Shown piece after piece: positions 39,262 through 49,600 of a DNA stretch of 64,000 bases; the first letter of the stretch is position 1, and each line of letters starts with the position of its first letter. The stretch spans positions 308,404-372,403 of the forward strand of contig JAJRPJ010000011.1 in NCBI GenBank assembly GCA_024280835.1. The letters are read 5' to 3'. Made by a program: the position numbers and the translations under genes. Below the pieces are notes generated by a model. That model was given only the letters and a program-made list of their open reading frames with translations. It ran no database searches and had not been told where the DNA came from. Origin of the DNA: Candidatus Zixiibacteriota bacterium. GTDB lineage: Bacteria; Zixibacteria; MSB-5A5; GN15; JACZUZ01.

Positions 39262-40710
39262 TTAGGCTTGACTCCTCGCTTTCAATTTTGTTAATGCCTG
39301 TTCCAAAGCTATGCCCCGTGAGGCTTTTAGATAGACCATGTCACCTGAACGCAACATATCAGCTAGTAATGCGCCCGCCTCTTGCGCATTTTCCACTGAG
39401 TGAATAGTCACACTTGTCGCGTCAATTGAATCCATTAGAGATTCGGCGCTCAACCGCGCGCGCTGGCCAACAGTGATGATGACATCAATGGATCCAGAGT
39501 TTTTCAGCAAGTCCGCAATGTATCCCCCCAAAGCTATGTGCTCTTGAGATTCTAGAGAGCCGAGTTCGAGCATATCCCCTATGAGAGCTATTTTCTTCTG
39601 CCCTGTGGCTTTGGGTTGCAATAATGCGAAGGTCTTTAGCCCTGCCTTCATCGATGTTGGATTGGCATTGTAGCAATCGACAATGAAATTCACTCCATCT
39701 ATTTCTTGCCGCTCACCGCGTAGCGCTAAGGCCGCAGAAGAGAAACTCTCAAGCGCCGCCATTTCGACTTTAACTCCAAGCGCCTGACAAATGGCAAATG
39801 CGCACAATGCATTAGCAACTTGTTCTTGCCCGAAGACTGGCAATTTGACTCTTTGACTTTCAAAGAAGAACGACACAAAGCCTGTTTCCGAATCCAATTG
39901 GACTTCACTGGCGACAATATCTGCGCCATTTGTATTGAACTGTTTTGAATCGGCCACTGCGAATGTCAGGACATTGTCGCATAGTCCTTTGGCGGCTTGC
40001 GTTAGTTCTTTGTCTGCGCCATTGACGACAGCTCTACCAGACTCTTGCAAATTCTCTAGCAAAGAAAGTTTTTCGCGGCGGACGCCTTCAAGTGATCCAA
40101 GGGCTTCGACATGCGTCTCGCTGACATTGGTTATCACACCTACAAGCGGTTTTAGAATTGGCGCCAATCGACTCATCTCATTGACGGTCGAAATCCCCAG
40201 CTCAAAAACTCCATATTGTGCGCTTGAGTCCATTTGCAATAGCGATAGCGGCAGGCCATAGAGATTGTTCAAGTTTCCAGCTGAAGCATGGACGGTGGCG
40301 CCCGAAGTTTCTAATAGATGACGTGTCATTTCTTTGACTGTTGTTTTTCCGACTGAACCAGTTATTCCAGTTGTCTTGGACGTCACTTCTTTTCTATGCG
40401 CTATTGCCAAGTCTATCAATGCCTGATGCGAATCTTCAACAACGATCGCTGGTAGTGACGCGGAGAGTTTCTCGGTGAGGAGTTCGACACCGCTTGGCTC
40501 TATTAAAGCTGCGGCAGCTCCACCAGCTAGAGCTTGCGTGAGGAACTTGTGTCCGTCGTGATTGGCCCCTCGAATGGCGACATATAGCTCACCACTATTG
40601 AGAGTGCGTGTGTCAATCGACACTCCTCCAATAGAAGTAGAGGCTGATTCAGGTGTCAGCAACTTTCCTTGTGCAATTTCTGTGACTTGTTGTAAACTCA
40701 ATTTTCTCAC
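39262..40710 (-). CDS. murF: MurF ligase
   Basis: TGSVGKTTVKE, DCYNANP, GDMLELG, KASRG. Confidence 0.95.
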   Translation of the reverse strand: MRKLSLQQVTEIAQGKLLTPESASTSIGGVSIDTRTLNSGELYVAIRGANHDGHKFLTQALAGGAAAALIEPSGVELLTEKLSASLPAIVVEDSHQALIDLAIAHRKEVTSKTTGITGSVGKTTVKEMTRHLLETSGATVHASAGNLNNLYGLPLSLLQMDSSAQYGVFELGISTVNEMSRLAPILKPLVGVITNVSETHVEALGSLEGVRREKLSLLENLQESGRAVVNGADKELTQAAKGLCDNVLTFAVADSKQFNTNGADIVASEVQLDSETGFVSFFFESQRVKLPVFGQEQVANALCAFAICQALGVKVEMAALESFSSAALALRGERQEIDGVNFIVDCYNANPTSMKAGLKTFALLQPKATGQKKIALIGDMLELGSLESQEHIALGGYIADLLKNSGSIDVIITVGQRARLSAESLMDSIDATSVTIHSVENAQEAGALLADMLRSGDMVYLKASRGIALEQALTKLKARSQA

Positions 40711-40712
40711 CG

Positions 40713-42203
40713 CTAACCAACTGCTGTATTTGCTTGATAGCCGAGCTGACCTAGTGCGCTCAGCGCTTCATGTTCTTCGCTATAGGCTTGTTTTCCTGAA
40801 GCCGTGATTTCATACTGCTCAGCGCCTTTGCCGAGTAGCAACACTGTATCGCCTTCTTGAGCGAGACTGAGCGCCTCTTTTATTGCTTCGCGGCGATTGA
40901 CAATAGCTTTGTGTTCGCCCGTCACTCCTTTGAGTGTCTCATCAATAATCGCCTGCGGATTTTCGCTACGTGGATTATCTGATGTGACAATAACTATCTC
41001 AGCTGCGCTGGCGGCCTCTCCCATTGGGGCGCGTTTGCCAGAGTCACGGTCTCCGCCACATCCATAGAGCGCAATAAGCTTTCCCTTGGTGAAGCGCCTT
41101 GCCGCTTGGATAACACGCGCAATTGCATCGGGTGTGTGGGCATAATCGATTATCACCGCAAAAGGTTGACCGCAATCAATCTGCTGAAAGCGTCCAGGCG
41201 CTGGCTCAACTTGTTCGAGAGCGCGCACTGCTGTGTCTAAATCTACTCCTGAGGCTAAGCCTGTTGTCAAAGCTCCGAGCATGTTCATCAGGTTGAACTC
41301 GCCACATAGTTTGGCTTGAATGGTGCGTGTCCCCATCGGAGTGACAACATCAAAAATTGTTCCATTGGCTGAATAATCTCTGGCAGTGGTGTAAACATCA
41401 GCGCTTGTATCTTGTAGTGAAAAACTTAAGTAGGCCGAAGAGATTCTACCGAATAGTTCGCGGAACTCGGGCACATCGAGATTGATGACAGCGTATTTCA
41501 TAAGCCCGTCGAGTTTGGTCAAGAGCAAGGCTTTGGATTCAAAATAGCTTTTCATGTCACCATGAAAATCGAGATGATCGCGAGTGAGGTTTGTAAATAG
41601 TCCGACTCGGAACTCAACATTCTCTACCCTGCCTAGTTCGAGAGCATGTGATGAGACTTCCATGATTACATTCGAGCATCTATTCGAGCGCATTAGAAAC
41701 AATAAGCGCTGTATATCCAATGATTCGGGTGTAGTGCGTTCAGCTTCAAAGATTTCACCCGCGGTGTCATAACCGAGCGAACCAATCAAACCAACTTTTT
41801 TGTTGCGACCTTCAAGAATTGCTTTTAGGAGATAGGCCGATGTGGTTTTGCCGTTTGTGCCAGTGATTCCGCATACCTTGAGCGCTTTGCCTGGGTAGCG
41901 GTAGAACTTTGCCGCCAAATCAGATAGAGCCTTGCGGCAATTGTCGGTTTTCACCCAGGTCACAGACAAATTATTTTCGTTTTCGCGCTCTGAGATGATT
42001 GCCAGCGCTCCTTGTTCGACAGCGGCGGCGGCATAGTCGAAACCATCAACAGAAAATCCAGGTACAGCGACAAACACTGATCCAGATTTTACTTGGCGCG
42101 AGTCATATTCAAGACCAGCGACAAGTCCATTGACAGGACCTGAGACTTCGCATGAATCTAAGGCGCCAATAAGTTCTTCTAATTTGAGGGACACGTTGCT
42201 CAT
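40713..42203 (-). CDS. murE: MurE ligase (mDAP type)
   Basis: TGTNGKTT, MEVSSH, DHLDFH, DYAHTPD, DNPR. Confidence 0.96.
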   Translation of the reverse strand: MSNVSLKLEELIGALDSCEVSGPVNGLVAGLEYDSRQVKSGSVFVAVPGFSVDGFDYAAAAVEQGALAIISERENENNLSVTWVKTDNCRKALSDLAAKFYRYPGKALKVCGITGTNGKTTSAYLLKAILEGRNKKVGLIGSLGYDTAGEIFEAERTTPESLDIQRLLFLMRSNRCSNVIMEVSSHALELGRVENVEFRVGLFTNLTRDHLDFHGDMKSYFESKALLLTKLDGLMKYAVINLDVPEFRELFGRISSAYLSFSLQDTSADVYTTARDYSANGTIFDVVTPMGTRTIQAKLCGEFNLMNMLGALTTGLASGVDLDTAVRALEQVEPAPGRFQQIDCGQPFAVIIDYAHTPDAIARVIQAARRFTKGKLIALYGCGGDRDSGKRAPMGEAASAAEIVIVTSDNPRSENPQAIIDETLKGVTGEHKAIVNRREAIKEALSLAQEGDTVLLLGKGAEQYEITASGKQAYSEEHEALSALGQLGYQANTAVG

Positions 42204-42226
42204 TACTTGTGTTCTCGTCGCTCTGC

Positions 42227-44512
42227 CTAGAGCTGACTTGAACCCTTTTGGTTTTCCAGCGTGATATCCATAGAAATAGCATAATGCTCACGCTCAGAAC
42301 GTGTCATTGAATACTGCTTGCCTGTAACTCGCTGACAACTAAGTGTCAGTGTGCCTCCTGTGCGTATTATACTTCCGGGGACAGGTTTCTGACTCAGAAT
42401 TTTTCCAGCGCCATCTAGAACAAATTGAATATTTAGGCGAGTCAATAATAGTGACGCCTGACTGGCTGTCATCCCAACTACATCTGGCATTTGAAAATCC
42501 TTGGCGCTTTTTGAAAGAGGCGGCTGAGTTTGAATTGCTACAATACTTCCTGGAAGTATCTTGGCTCCAGGCGCTGGAGTTTGCCAGAAGACAACACCAG
42601 AATATGGGTCACAATCGTTGCAGTAATCTCCTTTGACAGTCACATCCAACCCAGCGCCTTTGCTATTTGCGGCTTTGGAGGTCAAGCCAATAAACTTTGG
42701 CGTAACAACATAATTCTCTTCGAGTTCAGCTGGATCATCTTCAAGCGTCAGCCTGTGTGAGGCAGGCCCGAATTTGGACGGGTTAGAAAGAGCATAGCTT
42801 TCGGCAATCCGCCTAAATGCTGGGCCACTGGTTAGACCACCATAATGAATTGGCTCAGGCTGATTCAATAGTACGATACCCGCAATTAGTGGCGAATCGG
42901 CGGGAAAGTACCCTGCGAAAGAGGCATTGAACTTGTTCTTCAGATAACCTCTGCCATCATTTCGCGGCACTTCCGCTGTGCCAGTTTTTCCAGCTATGGA
43001 GATAATTGCTGACTGCAACTCTTTGGCTGTGCCACTATCGACTACATTTTTCAACATCGCCTGCAAGGGCGCAACACTCTTGGATTTCATGACACGCCAT
43101 AATTCTTCGGATTCACTCAAATCACGAATTTCACCATTGGCGCTGATTATTCCGCGCACCAATCGAGGACGATAGAGCATACCGCCATTGGCCACCGCCG
43201 ACATCATCATCGCCATTTGCAAAGGAGTCACCGCTACTGAATGGCCAATTGAGAGGGCTGCTATATTGAACTCTGACCAGCGCATATCTGTGTGCAGCAT
43301 ACCGCGCTGTTCACCAGGATATTGAACCATCGTTTTTTGTCCTATACCAAACCGCTGTGAGGCTGCGGCCAACTTTTCTCCACCCAGTCCAATAGCGAGC
43401 TTAGCAACACCGATGTTGCTTGAAAAAGTTATTATATCATGGAAAGACATTTCTCCATGCTCTTCATCATCATTGAGATAGCGCCTACCACATAGCCAAC
43501 GTCCATTTTCGCAATCAATGACTGAATCCACTGAGACAACACCTTCATCGAGAATCGCGGCGGCGGTTATAACTTTGTAAATTGAGCCGGGTTCAAACGA
43601 ATCTGTGATGGCTTTGAGCTTGGTTGGCCTTTCGGGATTTTTTTCGAGTGGATCATAATGGGCAATAGCTAAAATTTCACCTGTGTTACAATCCACAAAA
43701 ACTGCGGCGCCACCGAGAGCGTTGAACTCATGCGTGGCCTTGCGAAGCTCTCGCTCAACTATTCCCTGAAACTCCCAATCAATTGTTAGCGCCAGAGACT
43801 TTCCAGCAATTGAAGGCGTTTGCGCCTTTTCATCGACTTGGTAAAAATTCGCATGTCCATCTTTGCGGCCAACGGCAATTCCGACCGTTCCTGTTAGAAC
43901 TGAATCAAAGCGAGACTCAATTCCTGAGATACCTTTATTGTCGATGTCTGTGTAGCCGAGAATTTGTTTGCCAATTGTGCCATAGGAATATTTCCGTCCT
44001 TGCTCTTTGCGAACATAGACTCCTCGGCGAGCGTCTTTGCGAATACGGCGGAGATGATCATCAGAGAGACCACGGCGAATCCATGAGAACTTGCCAGCTT
44101 TGATGCGATGCTTCTTTAGCGAAGTTCCTGATTTTCTCTTGAAGAGCTTATCAAAATATCTTCCGAGCTCACGCGCTTCTTTTTTGGTACGTGGATGCAC
44201 ATAGGCGCTGAAACGAATGACATTGACAGCGACTTCTTTGCCAAAACGGTCATAAACTACTCCACGTGCAGCTGGAATTTTGATCTTTCCAGTTGATCGT
44301 TTTTTGGCAATTTGAGCATAGCGCGAACCATTTGTGACTTGAATAGACCACAGGCGATAGCCGAAGACACCAAACGTTAGGGCCATGACAACCAAAACCA
44401 AAGCTAGACGCCTGCGTTCACCTGCGACATTGCGCGCGCTGGAACTGCGACTGCCCTGGCGAGCAGCGCTACTTCGACTCTCTTTTGGGTTTGCTTTTCT
44501 TGACCTAATCAC
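42227..44512 (-). CDS. ftsI: Division transpeptidase FtsI/PBP3 with PASTA domains
   Basis: EPGSIYK, SSN and KTGT motifs; two C-terminal PASTA-like repeats. Confidence 0.93.
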   Translation of the reverse strand: MIRSRKANPKESRSSAARQGSRSSSARNVAGERRRLALVLVVMALTFGVFGYRLWSIQVTNGSRYAQIAKKRSTGKIKIPAARGVVYDRFGKEVAVNVIRFSAYVHPRTKKEARELGRYFDKLFKRKSGTSLKKHRIKAGKFSWIRRGLSDDHLRRIRKDARRGVYVRKEQGRKYSYGTIGKQILGYTDIDNKGISGIESRFDSVLTGTVGIAVGRKDGHANFYQVDEKAQTPSIAGKSLALTIDWEFQGIVERELRKATHEFNALGGAAVFVDCNTGEILAIAHYDPLEKNPERPTKLKAITDSFEPGSIYKVITAAAILDEGVVSVDSVIDCENGRWLCGRRYLNDDEEHGEMSFHDIITFSSNIGVAKLAIGLGGEKLAAASQRFGIGQKTMVQYPGEQRGMLHTDMRWSEFNIAALSIGHSVAVTPLQMAMMMSAVANGGMLYRPRLVRGIISANGEIRDLSESEELWRVMKSKSVAPLQAMLKNVVDSGTAKELQSAIISIAGKTGTAEVPRNDGRGYLKNKFNASFAGYFPADSPLIAGIVLLNQPEPIHYGGLTSGPAFRRIAESYALSNPSKFGPASHRLTLEDDPAELEENYVVTPKFIGLTSKAANSKGAGLDVTVKGDYCNDCDPYSGVVFWQTPAPGAKILPGSIVAIQTQPPLSKSAKDFQMPDVVGMTASQASLLLTRLNIQFVLDGAGKILSQKPVPGSIIRTGGTLTLSCQRVTGKQYSMTRSEREHYAISMDITLENQKGSSQL

Positions 44513-44569
44513 TTGACCATCTATTCTGTTATACCAAACTGCGTTGACTAAACTACGCGAAACAGTTCT

Positions 44570-45055
44570 CTATTTATCTCTATCATCAAATATGTCCGCG
44601 GCTACTGCGCTCGAACTTTCTAGTGAGGGAGCATTTTTCATCGACAAGCGCAAAGCGCTCCACATCTGACGGATTCCATTGTCACCAGGCGCCTCCTCTC
44701 CGAAACGCACTGCATACAAGCGCTCTGGCAGAACTTGGACGAGACCAAATTTTTGATTGGCTAAATCTGAAATTCGGCCAAAGCGTGACAATTCCGCCAC
44801 GTCAGTTTCGGTCTTCATCAAAATATCACGGCGCAAGCGATTAACTTCTTCGAGTTGCGCGACTTCATTTATCAGGTCCAAAGCCACGACTCTTTGCCAG
44901 ACATACAAACAGGCGGCAACCATAAATAGTGAAAGCACAAACAAAGTCGTCAGCGACCTGCTAGCGACCATCCGCCGAATTGGGCCTGCTTTGCCTTGAG
45001 TAACATTTTGCCGCAAGGCTTTCAGGGCGTTCATCGTATTCTGAGAGCTATTCAT
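44570..45055 (-). CDS. ftsL: FtsL-like cell division protein
   Basis: TM helix plus coiled coil (RI..LA…GL) between rsmH and ftsI. Confidence 0.7.
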   Translation of the reverse strand: MNSSQNTMNALKALRQNVTQGKAGPIRRMVASRSLTTLFVLSLFMVAACLYVWQRVVALDLINEVAQLEEVNRLRRDILMKTETDVAELSRFGRISDLANQKFGLVQVLPERLYAVRFGEEAPGDNGIRQMWSALRLSMKNAPSLESSSAVAADIFDDRDK

Positions 45056-46073
45056 TATTCCCCTCAGTGGATGCGCCAGCGGAGTTAGCTAGCTCTACAC
45101 GTTCAGCAATGCGAAATTTCGCCGAGCGAGAACGAGGATTGATTTCGAGCTCTCTTGCGCTGGCTCCAATTGGCTTCTTGACTAATGGCTGTAACTCTTT
45201 TTGAGCGCCACAGACACACATCGGCATCCCTGGCGGACAGACACATTTTCCCGCATAGCGCGCGAAAGTTTGTTTGACTATTCTATCTTCGAGAGAGTGG
45301 TAAGAAATCACTCCAACACGTCCGCCAACCTCCAGAGAGTCAATAACCTGCGGTAATACTTTTTCTAGTTCACCAAGTTCATCATTGACTGCGATTCTTA
45401 GCGCTTGAAAAATCCGAGCTAAGGTGCGTGTCAGATTCGCAGGACCGACTGTAGAGCTGATGATATTGCGTAAGTCACCTGTGGTGACTATAGGCTGAGT
45501 GTCACGCGCCGCGACAATTGCTTTTGAGATTCGACTAGAGCGTTTTTCTTCGCCGTATTTCCAAAAAATAGCTGATAGCTCAGAGACACCAAGAGAGTTG
45601 ACCATCTCAGAGGCAGTTGTTGTTTGTTGCTGTCCCATGCGCATATCCAGTGGAGCGTCTCCTTGAAACGAAAAGCCACGCTCCGCCCAGTCGATTTGAG
45701 GTGAGGAAACACCTAAATCTAACAGAGCGCCGCTAATTGTTTCTATCTCAAGCTCCTTGATGACCGATGAAAAGGTCGAAAAAGGAGCGTTTATTATTCG
45801 CTTAACCTGCGGGTAAGTACTAAGTCGCTTCGTCGCGACAGAAACCGCCAATTCATCGCGGTCCAATCCGTATAGATTTGCTCCCGAAGCTGAGAGCTTG
45901 GCCAAGGCTTCCAAATGCCCTGCGCCACCGACCGTGAGGTCGAAGAACACTCCACCGAGTGTGTCACTAACTGCAATCGAAAGCCATTGTATAACTTCAT
46001 CAAGAAGAACGGGCTGATGCGAAAAAGTCTTGTCATCTCGTGTGACATCGCCTTTGTCTTTATCTGTGCACAT
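45048..46073 (-). CDS. rsmH: 16S rRNA m4C1402 methyltransferase
   Basis: HQPVLL, DLGVSSPQ, PLDMRM, SYHSLEDRIVK, NPRSRSAK. Confidence 0.96.
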   Translation of the reverse strand: MCTDKDKGDVTRDDKTFSHQPVLLDEVIQWLSIAVSDTLGGVFFDLTVGGAGHLEALAKLSASGANLYGLDRDELAVSVATKRLSTYPQVKRIINAPFSTFSSVIKELEIETISGALLDLGVSSPQIDWAERGFSFQGDAPLDMRMGQQQTTTASEMVNSLGVSELSAIFWKYGEEKRSSRISKAIVAARDTQPIVTTGDLRNIISSTVGPANLTRTLARIFQALRIAVNDELGELEKVLPQVIDSLEVGGRVGVISYHSLEDRIVKQTFARYAGKCVCPPGMPMCVCGAQKELQPLVKKPIGASARELEINPRSRSAKFRIAERVELANSAGASTEGNNE

Positions 46074-46142
46074 GCTTTTGGACTTGTCTGCAATCTTGTC
46101 TTCACTTTTTCGTCTTGAGCGTTTGTCCCGCCAATTTTACGC

Positions 46143-46610
46143 TCAACTCTCAGAGCCCGAATTGCGACCAAACAGGCGCTCAGATATTTCTTCAAATGTT
46201 CCAGTCGTTTCGCCGCTGGACATTAACTTTTCATAACGTTCAGGATCCCAGATTTCAATTATTGTATCCACTCCGATAACCATGACCTGATCATTTAGGC
46301 CCGCCTTCTCGATAAGCCTGTCAGGGATTAAGAATCGACCTTGCTTATCTGGAGTAACTTTTGCGCTTTTCGGAAAGACTAAACGGTGAAACAAACGAGC
46401 ATCTCGGCCGCCATAATTGAGAGAATTTAGCTTGGTCGTGAGACGCTCCCATTCGTCTGGCGTATAGAGAGTTAAACAGCCATCTAAGCCTGGGGCCAAG
46501 GTCAATTGCAGAGGCGAGCCGTCCTCATCGCGAGGGCGGATTTTTGATGGAAGCGCAATTCTGCCCTTTTCATCAAGATTTACATTGTATTCGCCGTAAA
46601 AACTGTCCAC
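46143..46610 (-). CDS. mraZ: Transcriptional regulator MraZ
   Basis: LDEKGRI.LP, DKQGR, IEIWD; GTG start downstream of the promoter. Confidence 0.93.
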   Translation of the reverse strand: MDSFYGEYNVNLDEKGRIALPSKIRPRDEDGSPLQLTLAPGLDGCLTLYTPDEWERLTTKLNSLNYGGRDARLFHRLVFPKSAKVTPDKQGRFLIPDRLIEKAGLNDQVMVIGVDTIIEIWDPERYEKLMSSGETTGTFEEISERLFGRNSGSES

Positions 46611-46710
46611 CTTGCAATTGTTCTCGCTTATCGGGGCCAAAATTGAGGGATTTACTGATCTCTTTTTCAGTCTAGTTTCAGGTTTTTCGGGCCAGATTGG
46701 CGGCAAACTT

Positions 46711-46764
46711 CCCCACAACCCACCACGATTCACCATTATAGGGGTTTCCCCTATCAATAGTCAA
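46711..46764 (-). promoter_or_regulatory. dcw promoter with three MraZ boxes
   Basis: TTGACT-N18-TATAAT followed by TGGTG/TGGTG/TGGGG at a 10-bp period. Confidence 0.8.
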
Positions 46765-47125
46765 GTGATTCCTCTGCATTAGTCTGAGGATATTTCGCTT
46801 GTAACTCAATTTGTCTCAATGAGTAACGGATGATGAAATTGATAATTTTCGGAACTCCAACAACTACAGCCAAATCGACGTAGAATCACAGACTCCGATT
46901 AACTACTAGTTGAATCTTTTTTTATCGAATTTGCCCCATACTTAGCGGCCATTTCCAATTCTCAATGCCTGAATTCCAACCTATTGTTGGCTTGAGGCCA
47001 TTATTTTACATGAGCTAAATAGCTATATAACAACAACATAGAGCTTCCCTGCTCTCAGTGACCATCTTCGGCGCCTTCGTTGCAACTCATACTTATTGTC
47101 CGAGTTGAAACACGAAAGGGAAACT

Positions 47126-49558
47126 ATGAAGACGCTTGACCAAATCCTGGGCGGGGTAAAGTCAATCACCAATACGGCAAATCCGACCTCATTTCGGCGC
47201 CGTACAACTCTCTCCATCTGCGCAATCCTGTTGTGCGGTCTGAGCTATAGCTCTGCCTTAGCGGAGAGTAAGGCTCTGCGTCTTGGCTTTGATGAGACGA
47301 AAATATCCGCCGATCCTGCTAATAGCGCCTTTCTGTATTCAGATTATTCACCATTGACTCTGCCATCTGGGCTACGATTGGCTGTTCAGACTGTCACTAT
47401 TCCGATTCAAACAGCAGGTGAGACACCAACAATTACCGTTACCACAGAACGCGGGGATTGGATTGGAGCAATTGCTCCTGAGTCATTCGCACAGGTGGAT
47501 ATACCAACAGCCGATGACAGACGCTACGATGAAGTCAGACCCGCAATCGCGGAGTTGTTTGAGAATGGATTTTCTGGAGCGTTCCTTGAAGCAATTCGAC
47601 CTAGCGCCAATGGAGCAGTTGCTCAATTGACTATTTCGCCGTATGAGATTGATAGCGCTGGTAATGTTTATGCGGTCAAAGGAATTACTCTTTCGGTTGA
47701 CGCTGCGACACAGGTGATTATTGGGGAACCGCAGTATGGCGCAGCAAGTAGCAGTCCGTTTTCATCACCATCCGCGAGCCCTCTGCTGGGTTCATCAGCG
47801 ACAAGTATGAATTACATCATAGTCACTAACAAAACACTTGAGCCTGAGATGCAGCGTTTGGCTGACTATAAGAACGCCACTGGTGTTTCTACTCACGTTG
47901 AATTGATAGAAGATATTTTGGCGACCTACACAGGTGTTGATGACGCTGAGGCGCTGCGCAATGCTTTGAAAGATTATTTTGAACTGGGTGTGACACATGT
48001 CATGCTGGCAGGTGACGAGAATGTCGTACCGATTCGGCATACTTATTATTACAATACAAATACTATGCCGTTGGTCGAGAACATGATGGTCACTGATTTG
48101 TATTTTGCTGATTTGACTGGTGATTGGGACACTGACGGAGATGGTATTTGGGGCGAGCCGACACAAGACAATCCTGATTTAACACCTGAATTGCATATTG
48201 GCAGATTGCCTATCAGCCGCATTGATCAGGCTAAGAACTATGTCGACAAACTGATTGTTTATGAAACAAATCCAGGGTTTGGTGACGCCACCTATTTGGG
48301 CAAGACAGTTATTTATTCGTCAGATCAGATGCGTGATTTCTCCAATGGCGGACAGCATGCGATTATCGCCAATGCTATACCTGACTACTATTATGTGGAC
48401 ACATCATCAACAATCGAGTTTCCATCTGGAAGTTCAACTACACCAAACAACGAAAGCGCTGCCAATACAATCACTACACTTGATCAAGGTTACGGTGTCA
48501 TCAATATCATTGCGCATGGTCGGCACGATGGATTTAGTGTACGCACTACGGGATACAATGCGTGGCCAAAATCGTATTTGCTAAGCGAGGGCGCCAATGG
48601 CACACATGGGTCGCTAGATCAATTGGCGCCCAATGGCAAAATTGGACTCTATGTGGCGCTCTCTTGCGATTTGGGTGGCTTTGATATGGATGCGCCGCCA
48701 TTTGTCGCCACTTCTCCGTCGTTTGTCGAAAGTGTTGTCTCGACTGAACTCTCGGGGGCTGTAGGTATGGTTGGGTATTCGCGTTGGGGTTGGGTATATT
48801 CGAGTTATCGTTTGCATGAATCGTTTTGGGGGCATTTGTATGGCGACGCCGAAGGTGATGTTGTTGTGGCGATGAATATGGCGGCGGCTGATTTTCCTTA
48901 CTATCGCGATTTGATTTATGGACAGAATTATTATGGCGACCCGACCGTTCAGATTCATCTGGATATTCCACAAGAGGTGGCGCTAACTGTCTCAGCAGGA
49001 GATTGGGCGCAGAATACAATAGAGGTTAGTGTTTCCTCAAAAGGTTCGGCTTCACGCGGCGCGGCTATCGCTGGCGCTAAGGTAATTCTTTCTGCTGATG
49101 GAGTTGTTTTGGCGGAGTCTGTGACTGACGCAGCAGGTAATGCTAATTTCGTCTACGAGTTTCTCCTCGGAGTTGATTATCTCGTCGCGACACATCCAAC
49201 TGGAGCTCTTGTGCAACTCACTCAGTTCACGCCGAGCATTGTCACGGGTGTTGATGATGACGAGCAGAGCGTATTGCCGCAAGCATTTTCATTGCAACAA
49301 AATTATCCAAATCCATTCCACCCCAGCACAACTATCGAATGGGATTTGCCACGTAGTTCAGATGTCAGTTATCGTGTAATAGATATTCTCGGACGCACAG
49401 TCACACAAGCAAACCTCGGCCGTCTACCTGCTGGCCGTCACTCACTAAACTGGGAAGCCCAGAACATCAACGGCGCTGCTTTGGCCAGCGGTGTCTATTT
49501 CTTCCAGCTAGTGACAGAGGAGAATATTGCCTCAAGGAAGATGACTTTGTTGAAGTGA
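47126..49558 (+). CDS. C25 (gingipain-like) cysteine peptidase with a C-terminal FlgD-Ig/T9SS-type sorting domain
   Basis: Signal peptide, LAGD..VVP, TDLYFAD, IGRLP, catalytic AHG and LSC, YYGDP; QNYPNPF…ASGVYF…KMTLLK. Confidence 0.9.
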   Translation: MKTLDQILGGVKSITNTANPTSFRRRTTLSICAILLCGLSYSSALAESKALRLGFDETKISADPANSAFLYSDYSPLTLPSGLRLAVQTVTIPIQTAGETPTITVTTERGDWIGAIAPESFAQVDIPTADDRRYDEVRPAIAELFENGFSGAFLEAIRPSANGAVAQLTISPYEIDSAGNVYAVKGITLSVDAATQVIIGEPQYGAASSSPFSSPSASPLLGSSATSMNYIIVTNKTLEPEMQRLADYKNATGVSTHVELIEDILATYTGVDDAEALRNALKDYFELGVTHVMLAGDENVVPIRHTYYYNTNTMPLVENMMVTDLYFADLTGDWDTDGDGIWGEPTQDNPDLTPELHIGRLPISRIDQAKNYVDKLIVYETNPGFGDATYLGKTVIYSSDQMRDFSNGGQHAIIANAIPDYYYVDTSSTIEFPSGSSTTPNNESAANTITTLDQGYGVINIIAHGRHDGFSVRTTGYNAWPKSYLLSEGANGTHGSLDQLAPNGKIGLYVALSCDLGGFDMDAPPFVATSPSFVESVVSTELSGAVGMVGYSRWGWVYSSYRLHESFWGHLYGDAEGDVVVAMNMAAADFPYYRDLIYGQNYYGDPTVQIHLDIPQEVALTVSAGDWAQNTIEVSVSSKGSASRGAAIAGAKVILSADGVVLAESVTDAAGNANFVYEFLLGVDYLVATHPTGALVQLTQFTPSIVTGVDDDEQSVLPQAFSLQQNYPNPFHPSTTIEWDLPRSSDVSYRVIDILGRTVTQANLGRLPAGRHSLNWEAQNINGAALASGVYFFQLVTEENIASRKMTLLK

Positions 49559-49600
49559 TCTGCCGAAACCGCGGTGGTTTTGATTCGCGTTTTCTGTATT

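Noticed and set aside
46875-46901. Possible sigma28 site upstream of the C25 protease (TCGA-N15-TCCGATTA)
   Set aside because: Both boxes are too degenerate, so it is not counted in the regulon.
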